A stretch of 11,108 nt of DNA from an uncultured Gammaproteobacteria bacterium (GTDB lineage Bacteria; Pseudomonadota; Gammaproteobacteria; Xanthomonadales; BPKI01): assembly GCA_964526035.1 (NCBI GenBank), contig CAZGKE010000114.1, positions 1-11,108 on the forward strand, in the 5' to 3' direction. Under the pieces are notes generated by a model. That model was not told where the DNA came from and searched no databases. It was given only the letters and a program-made list of their open reading frames with translations. Shown here piece by piece: positions 5,947 to 11,108 of the stretch (positions are counted from its first letter, which is position 1; each line of letters begins with the position of its first letter). A program made the position numbers and the translations under genes.

Positions 5947-7731
5947 ATGTCCACCACCCCTCCCGCCGACTTCACCGAACTCGGCCTTCCGCCCTTTCTA
6001 CTCGAAGCCCTGTCCGCGGTTGGCTACGAATCGCCGTCGCCGATCCAGGCCGCCACCATTCCGCCCCTGCTGGCCGGGCGTGATCTGGTCGGCCAGGCGC
6101 AGACCGGCACCGGCAAGACCGCAGCCTTCGCGCTGCCGATCCTGGCTGACCTCGATCTCACCCAGAAGAAGCCGCAGGCGCTGGTGCTGTGTCCGACCCG
6201 CGAGCTGGCCATCCAGGTCGCCGAGGCCTTTCAGCGCTACGCCGCGCGCATGCCCGGTTTTCACGTGCTGCCGATCTACGGCGGACAGGGCTATGGCCCG
6301 CAGCTCGCCGCCCTGCGTCGCGGCGTGCACGTGGTGGTGGGCACGCCCGGACGGGTGATCGATCACCTGGAGAAGGGCACGCTGGATCTGTCCAGGCTGC
6401 GTACGCTGGTGCTCGATGAAGGCGACGAGATGCTGCGCATGGGCTTCATCGACGACGTGGAGACGGTCGTCAAGAAGACCCCGGACGGTCGCCGCGTGGC
6501 GCTGTTTTCGGCCACCATGCCGCCGGCCATCCGTCGCATTGCGCAAACCTACCTGCGCGATCCGGTGGAGATCACCATCGAATCGAAAACCACCACCGCC
6601 ACCGGGATCCGTCAGCGCTACTGGTGGGTGAGCGGCATGCACAAGCTCGACGCGCTCACGCGCATTCTCGAGGCCGAGCCGTTTGACGCCATGCTGATCT
6701 TCGCGCGCACGCGCCAGGGCACCGAGGAGCTGGCCGAAAAGCTGACCGCGCGCGGCTTCGCCGCCACGGCGATTCACGGCGACGTGCAGCAGGCGCTGCG
6801 CGAGCGTGCGGTGCAGCGCCTCAAGGACGGCCAGCTCGATATCCTCGTCGCCACCGACGTGGCGGCGCGCGGTCTCGATGTCGATCGCATCAGCCACGTG
6901 CTGAACTACGACATCCCGTACGACACCGAAAGCTACGTGCACCGGATCGGCCGCACCGGCCGCGCCGGGCGCAGCGGCGACGCGATCCTCTTCGTCACGC
7001 CGCGCGAGAAGGGCATGCTGCGCGCCATCGAGCGCGCCACCCGTCAGCAGATCACCGAAATGCCGCTGCCGTCCGTCGAAACCGTCAACGACCAGCGCGT
7101 GTCGAAGTTTCTCGGCCGCATCACCGAAGCCCTCGGCAGGCACGGCCTGGATGTATTCCGCGGGCTGATCGAACGCTACCAGTCCGAGCACAACGTCCCG
7201 GCAGTGGAGATCGCCGCGGCGCTGGCGCTGGAACTGCAGGGTGAAGTACCGCTGCTGTTGAAGGATGCGCCACGCGACAAGCGACCCGCTGCAACCGACG
7301 AGCGCAGCCCGCGCGCGGATCGCAAGAACGAACGCCCTGATCGTCGCCCGCGCGCGCTCCGCGACGCCGAGCCGCGGCCGCCGCGCAGCGACAAGCCGCC
7401 GCGGGAACGCAAGGCGCCGGAAGTGGGCATGGAGACCTACCGCATCGAAGTGGGACATGCGCACGGGGTCAAGCCCTCCAACATCGTCGGTGCCATTGCC
7501 AACGAAGCCGACCTGGAAAGTCGCTATATCGGACGCATCGACATCCACGACGACTACAGCATCGTCGACCTGCCCGAGGGCATGCCGCGCGAGCTGCTGA
7601 CGCACCTCAAGGGCGTGTGGGTGGCCGGCCAGAAGCTGCGCATCAGTCGACTGGACGAGAAGCCGGCCGCACCGACGCGCAAGCCGCCGGCACGCAAGGG
7701 CCCTTCGTTCAAGGGCAAGCCCAAACGGTAG
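5947..7731 (+). CDS. deaD: ATP-dependent DEAD-box RNA helicase DeaD/CsdA
   Basis: The start is assigned to the ATG at 5947 because 'MSTTPPADFTELGLPPFLLEALSAVGYESPSPIQ' aligns with the E. coli DeaD N-terminus; the 29-codon upstream extension of ORF 5860 has no homology. It carries the Q motif, Walker A 'AQTGTGKT', DEGD ('VLDEGDEM'), SAT, 'HRIGRTGRAG', a basic R/P/D-rich linker and the C-terminal DbpA-type RNA-binding domain ('YRIEVGHAHGVKPSNIVGAIANEADLESRYIGRIDI'). Confidence 0.93.
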   Translation: MSTTPPADFTELGLPPFLLEALSAVGYESPSPIQAATIPPLLAGRDLVGQAQTGTGKTAAFALPILADLDLTQKKPQALVLCPTRELAIQVAEAFQRYAARMPGFHVLPIYGGQGYGPQLAALRRGVHVVVGTPGRVIDHLEKGTLDLSRLRTLVLDEGDEMLRMGFIDDVETVVKKTPDGRRVALFSATMPPAIRRIAQTYLRDPVEITIESKTTTATGIRQRYWWVSGMHKLDALTRILEAEPFDAMLIFARTRQGTEELAEKLTARGFAATAIHGDVQQALRERAVQRLKDGQLDILVATDVAARGLDVDRISHVLNYDIPYDTESYVHRIGRTGRAGRSGDAILFVTPREKGMLRAIERATRQQITEMPLPSVETVNDQRVSKFLGRITEALGRHGLDVFRGLIERYQSEHNVPAVEIAAALALELQGEVPLLLKDAPRDKRPAATDERSPRADRKNERPDRRPRALRDAEPRPPRSDKPPRERKAPEVGMETYRIEVGHAHGVKPSNIVGAIANEADLESRYIGRIDIHDDYSIVDLPEGMPRELLTHLKGVWVAGQKLRISRLDEKPAAPTRKPPARKGPSFKGKPKR

Positions 7732-7854
7732 TGGCCGGCGCTCATCCTTGTCGAAACGAACCGGAATCCGGGAGGAGCGCTCGCGCAGTCCGCAGCGCCG
7801 CAACTGGACTCCCTGACGCGCCTGACCCGCGCAACCCTGAAGAAATTCGAGCGC

Positions 7855-8352
7855 ATGTCGCAAGCCGCCTATACCCCCATCCTTGCCACCCTCGGCTATG
7901 TACTTTCCCCCGACCGCAAGCGCGTGCTGCTGATTCACCGCAATGCGCGCGCCGATGATCACCATCTCGGCAAGTACAACGGCCTTGGCGGCAAGATGGA
8001 TCGTGATGAGGACGCTCTCGCCTGCATGCGTCGCGAGATCCGCGAGGAAGCCGGCATCGAATGCTCCGAAGTCCGACTGCGCGGAACCATCAGCTGGCCC
8101 GGATTCGGCAAGCACGGCGAAGATTGGCTGGGTTTCGTGTTCCTGATCACGGGCTTCCTTGGTGAGCCCCACCAGCGCAACCCCGAAGGCGCGCTGGAAT
8201 GGGTGCCGGTGGCCGACATCCTGCAGCTGCCGCTCTGGGACGGCGACCGCCATTTCCTGCCGCTGGTGTTCGACGACGATCCGCGCCCCTTCCATGGGGT
8301 GATGCCGTATCGCAACGGGCGTATGCTGTCGTGGAACTTCAACCGCCAGTGA
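7855..8352 (+). CDS. NUDIX hydrolase, MTH1-like (putative oxidised purine NTP pyrophosphatase)
   Basis: Nudix box 'GGKMDRDEDALACMRREIREEAGIE' (GX5EX7REUXEEXGU). The C-terminal 'WVPVADILQLPLWDGDRHFLPLVFDDDPRPFHGVMPY' resembles the MTH1 family tail. The 165-aa protein has good GC3 bias. Confidence 0.85.
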   Translation: MSQAAYTPILATLGYVLSPDRKRVLLIHRNARADDHHLGKYNGLGGKMDRDEDALACMRREIREEAGIECSEVRLRGTISWPGFGKHGEDWLGFVFLITGFLGEPHQRNPEGALEWVPVADILQLPLWDGDRHFLPLVFDDDPRPFHGVMPYRNGRMLSWNFNRQ

Positions 8353-8377
8353 CAGGGGACTGGCCAAGGATTGCCGC

Positions 8378-9664
8378 ATGCGCCCATTTGCATTGTTCCT
8401 GTCGCTCCTGCTGATCGCTGCACCGCTCTCGGCAGCCACCTACTACATCGCACCACCACCTGCTGGCGACAATGCCCATCCGGGCACGCTTGCCGAGCCC
8501 TGGGCGACGCTGCAACGAGCCGCGTCGGTCCTGAATCCTGGCGATATCGTCTACGTGCGCAACGGCAACTATGCCGGCGGCCATTTCACGCGCTCCGGCA
8601 CTGTCGATGAGCCGATCACCCTGGCCGCCTTCCCCGGTGAAAATCCGGTGATCAACGCCAACAACCCGGTGACCATCGACGGGATCAATCTGGAAGGCGC
8701 TTCGCACATGATCGTGGAAGGCTTCACCGTCACCGGGACCGGCCGCGCCGGCATCCGCGCGGTGCTCTGCGATCACGTCACCATCCGCAACAACCGCGCC
8801 GACCTCAACACGCGCTGGGGCATCTTCACCGGTTTCTGCGACGACCTGCTGATCGAGTTCAACGAAACCTCGCGCAGCGGAGTCGAGCACGGCATCTACG
8901 TCAGCAATTCCGGCGACCGCCCGGTGATCCGCAACAACCTGATCTGGGGCAACAACGCCAACGGCATCCACATGAACGGCGATGTCTCGCAGGGCGGCGA
9001 CGGCATCATCAGCGACGCACTGGTCGAGAACAACATCATCTTCGACAACGGCGACGCCGGCGGCTCCGGCATCAACTGCGACGGCGTGCAGGACTCGCTG
9101 ATCCGCAACAACCTGATCTTCGACAGCCACGCCAGCGGCATATCGCTGTACACCATCGACGGGGGCGGCCCGTCTACTGGCAACCGCGTGCTCAACAACA
9201 CCGTGCTGACTTCAGCAAGCGGCCGCTGGGCGCTCAACGTTCGCGATGCTGCAATCAACAACACCGCACGCAACAACATCCTGTGGAGCTACCACCCGAC
9301 ATTCCGCGGAAGCATCAGCATCACCGCCGATTCTCTGCCCGGTTTCAGCAGCGAAAGCAATGTGCTGATGAATCGTCTGAGCAACGACGGTGGCAACAGC
9401 AACATGACTCTGACGGCATGGCGCACCGCCACCGGCCAGGACCATCAGAGCGTGCTGTCGACGCCGGGCGCGCTGTTCGCAGACGTCGGCAACGACGACT
9501 ACGAGCTCGCCGCGGACAGCCCGGCCATCGATGCCGGACAAACGCGCGCCGACGTGCCGAACGATCTGCAAGGCCGCGCGCGGCCCCAGGGGGCCGCGCA
9601 CGACATCGGCGCCTACGAGTTCCCCGACGCCGACCTGCTGTTCCGGGACGGGTTCGAAGAATAA
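8378..9664 (+). CDS. Secreted right-handed parallel beta-helix repeat protein (pectin-lyase fold; putative glycan lyase/hydrolase)
   Basis: SD 'aagga' lies 7 nt before the ATG. The signal peptide is MRPFALFLSLLLIAAPLSA-AT. There are many beta-helix coil repeats (IRNN, IWGNNANGIHMNG, ENNIIFDNGDAGG, IRNNLIFD, NNTVL, NNILW). The C-terminal 'ADSPAIDAG....D..G..R......HDIGAYEF' motif is common in this family. Confidence 0.85.
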   Translation: MRPFALFLSLLLIAAPLSAATYYIAPPPAGDNAHPGTLAEPWATLQRAASVLNPGDIVYVRNGNYAGGHFTRSGTVDEPITLAAFPGENPVINANNPVTIDGINLEGASHMIVEGFTVTGTGRAGIRAVLCDHVTIRNNRADLNTRWGIFTGFCDDLLIEFNETSRSGVEHGIYVSNSGDRPVIRNNLIWGNNANGIHMNGDVSQGGDGIISDALVENNIIFDNGDAGGSGINCDGVQDSLIRNNLIFDSHASGISLYTIDGGGPSTGNRVLNNTVLTSASGRWALNVRDAAINNTARNNILWSYHPTFRGSISITADSLPGFSSESNVLMNRLSNDGGNSNMTLTAWRTATGQDHQSVLSTPGALFADVGNDDYELAADSPAIDAGQTRADVPNDLQGRARPQGAAHDIGAYEFPDADLLFRDGFEE

Positions 9665-9693
9665 CCCGCCTTCCAACCGGGCCCTTTCATTGC

Positions 9694-9718
9694 CCGCCCC
9701 GGATCAGCTCCGGGGCGG
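9694..9718. terminator. 9-bp G+C hairpin ccgccccgg-atcagct-ccggggcgg between convergent genes; possible bidirectional terminator
   Basis: The inverted repeat lies 30 nt after the beta-helix gene stop. There is no U-tract on either strand. Confidence 0.3.
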
Positions 9719-9732
9719 ACTGTCGCTGAAAG

Positions 9733-9765
9733 GCCGCTCGGCGCATGCAGCAGGAACGAGCGGCT
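9733..9765 (-). terminator. Hairpin gccgctcg...cgagcggc (8 bp, 16-nt loop) 5 nt downstream of the minus-strand gene stop
   Basis: Inverted repeat. On the minus strand it is followed by 'cttt', a weak U-run. Confidence 0.25.
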
Positions 9766-9769
9766 TGCC

Positions 9770-10960
9770 TCAGGAGTTGCGCCGCCAGCCGATCAGCAGA
9801 AATGCGCTCAACGCAAACAGGGCAGCGAGCGCCAGCAGACCGACGCGATCGAACAACGGCACCGGGATGGCTTCAGGCACGACCCCGCCACCGCCACCTA
9901 CGGTCACCGGCGCGGTGTCGTCGTTGTTGGTGGCATCCGGATCAGCGTTGTCGGCGGTCACACTGGCGCCATTGACCAGTACGCCCGTGGCGCCGGGATC
10001 GACCGTCACGGTGACATTGCAGACATCGGTGGCGCCATTGGCCAGGGCTCCGATGGTCCAGGTCAGGGTCGGAGCCGCGAAGGCGGCGCCGCAGTCATTG
10101 CTGACGTAGTTCAGGCCTGCAGGGAGCGTATCCGTCGCGACCACGCCTGTCGCGTCCTCGGGCCCGTTGTTGGTCACGGTCAAGGTGAAGATCACGGTCC
10201 CGCCGGGTGCGGGCTGGGCGTTGTCGACGGTCTTGGTGATGGACAGGTCGGTGTCGGCGGCGCCAGCGACGCAGCTGACGATGGCAATGTCGTCGATGTA
10301 CCAGCCGAGGCGGTTGACCACGGTCGTTGCGAACAGCCGGAAGTCGATGGCCACGCTGGGATTGCCCGCAAAGGCCGAGAGGTCGACGGCTTCGGCGATG
10401 TAGGCGCCGGTGGCTGCCGTTGTGGTGACCTCCCACAGCGGCGCACCGCCGTTCACGATCACCTCAGCCATGTCGAACGGGATGAACACTTCGTACCAGT
10501 TGAACCACTCGAGCTGGATCGGCGCCGACAAGCTGCTGAAGTCGAAGGTTTGCGACAGCAGGCTCTCGGTGCCCGAGTTGGCATGGCAGCCGTTGAGGTT
10601 GGTGCCCCAGACGTTGACGCCGGAGGCGGCACCCGTGGGCTCAAGCGCCGGCGTGCTGTCGCAGATCTCGAACACTCCGGGGCCCACCGGGCCGTGCTCC
10701 CAGGGCGCCAGTCCGGTGCCGGTCCAGCCACCGTTGTCGGCCTCGAGATCGCTGAAGTAGAAGGTGGCCGGGGTCGACCCCGGTGGGCACACGAGTCCTC
10801 CGCCCCGTGTACCAGCGGGCGCAGGCGCGGAAATGGCGGCGCCATCGGCATCGATTTCAGCCTGCTCGGCGCTGGTCTGTGCCGAGACTGAGGAAGCTAC
10901 CAGACAGGTCGCAGCGAATATGCTGGCGAGTCCGGCATGACGTGCGTCTAGGATCTTCAT
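9770..10960 (-). CDS. Secreted DUF11-repeat protein with an N-terminal jelly-roll/MAM-like domain and a C-terminal exosortase-type sorting signal (PEP-CTERM/IPTL-CTERM-like)
   Basis: The start is assigned to the ATG at 10958-10960 (minus strand), which has 'GGGAG' 6 nt upstream and opens a signal peptide MKILDARHAGLASIFAATCLVASSVSA-QT. The longer ORF running to 11068 adds a non-homologous Gly/Arg-rich extension. The middle contains a DUF11-type segment 'DLSITKTVDNAQPAPGGTVIFTLTVTNNGPEDATGVVATDTLPAGLNYVS'. The C-terminus is 'GGGGGVVPEAIPVPLFDRVGLLALAALFALSAFLLIGWRRNS', which reads as a Gly linker, a VPEA/IP motif, a TM helix and an RR cluster. GC3 bias is strong. Confidence 0.85.
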   Translation of the reverse strand: MKILDARHAGLASIFAATCLVASSVSAQTSAEQAEIDADGAAISAPAPAGTRGGGLVCPPGSTPATFYFSDLEADNGGWTGTGLAPWEHGPVGPGVFEICDSTPALEPTGAASGVNVWGTNLNGCHANSGTESLLSQTFDFSSLSAPIQLEWFNWYEVFIPFDMAEVIVNGGAPLWEVTTTAATGAYIAEAVDLSAFAGNPSVAIDFRLFATTVVNRLGWYIDDIAIVSCVAGAADTDLSITKTVDNAQPAPGGTVIFTLTVTNNGPEDATGVVATDTLPAGLNYVSNDCGAAFAAPTLTWTIGALANGATDVCNVTVTVDPGATGVLVNGASVTADNADPDATNNDDTAPVTVGGGGGVVPEAIPVPLFDRVGLLALAALFALSAFLLIGWRRNS

Positions 10961-11108
10961 TGCAAACTCCCGCCACCCTTCGATGGCAATTCGGCCAAGG
11001 ATGACGCCGCGGGTGTGGCCGTTTCCAACCCCGCGACTACCGTTCATGCCACGCCCCCTCGTGGCCAACCGCGACTGCCGCGCCGCGCAATGCCCCGCGC
11101 GGGCGAAC

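Noticed and set aside
5998-8439. 813-aa ORF on the minus strand spanning deaD and the NUDIX gene
   Set aside because: It is entirely antisense to two genes with unambiguous homology (DeaD helicase motifs, Nudix box). Its Arg/Ala/Gly-rich low-complexity translation is typical of stop-codon-poor antisense frames in GC-rich DNA.
8339-9130. 263-aa minus-strand ORF antisense to the beta-helix gene
   Set aside because: Antisense artefact. The + strand frame has a signal peptide, an SD and beta-helix repeats.
10961-11068. 36-codon N-terminal extension of the minus-strand DUF11 gene (MATRGRGMNGSRGVGNGHTRGVILGRIAIEGWREFA)
   Set aside because: The ATG at 10958-10960 is preceded by GGGAG at correct spacing and opens a textbook signal peptide. 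The extension is Gly/Arg-rich non-coding-like sequence.
1-11108. CRISPR arrays, IS elements, integrase/transposase genes, toxin-antitoxin pairs and known defence-system signatures
   Set aside because: I found no spaced direct-repeat array, no terminal inverted repeats bounding an ORF, and no recognisable nuclease, integrase or transposase motif in any frame. The only mobile-like signal is the 64-bp REP-like unit with direct-repeat flanks.

Overview
This is a high-GC (~67%) chromosomal segment. By composition, repeat type and gene content it looks like a Xanthomonadaceae-type gammaproteobacterium (Lysobacter/Stenotrophomonas/Xanthomonas-like), but that is inference only. All convincing genes except the last lie on the + strand, and codon third positions are strongly G/C-biased. 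In order they are: the 3' end of a MoxR-family AAA+ ATPase, translationally coupled to a CoxE-like VWA protein; a ~1.2 kb non-coding island with two degenerate GTAG-type REP-like palindromic repeats, a sigma70-like promoter, two hairpins including a strong intrinsic terminator (possible sRNA or micro-ORF), and two tandem tRNA-like genes whose D/anticodon/T arms are canonical but whose acceptor stems (and the first one's anticodon loop) are defective; a stand-alone SPFH/Band-7 protein whose N-terminal beta-hairpin motif is triplicated, followed by a textbook rho-independent terminator; a complete REP-like palindrome flanked by 12-bp direct repeats; gdhA (NADP-glutamate dehydrogenase); deaD/csdA (DEAD-box helicase); an MTH1-like NUDIX hydrolase; a secreted right-handed beta-helix protein; and, convergent on the minus strand, a secreted DUF11 protein ending in an exosortase-type (PEP-CTERM/IPTL-CTERM-like) sorting signal. 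I found no CRISPR array, transposase or integrase. The long minus-strand ORFs (up to 813 aa) are antisense artefacts of GC-rich coding DNA. The most unusual content is the non-coding island with the tRNA-like pair, the REP element with direct-repeat flanks, the SPFH architecture and the exosortase-substrate gene. I see no strong evidence for a complete novel multi-gene system inside this window.
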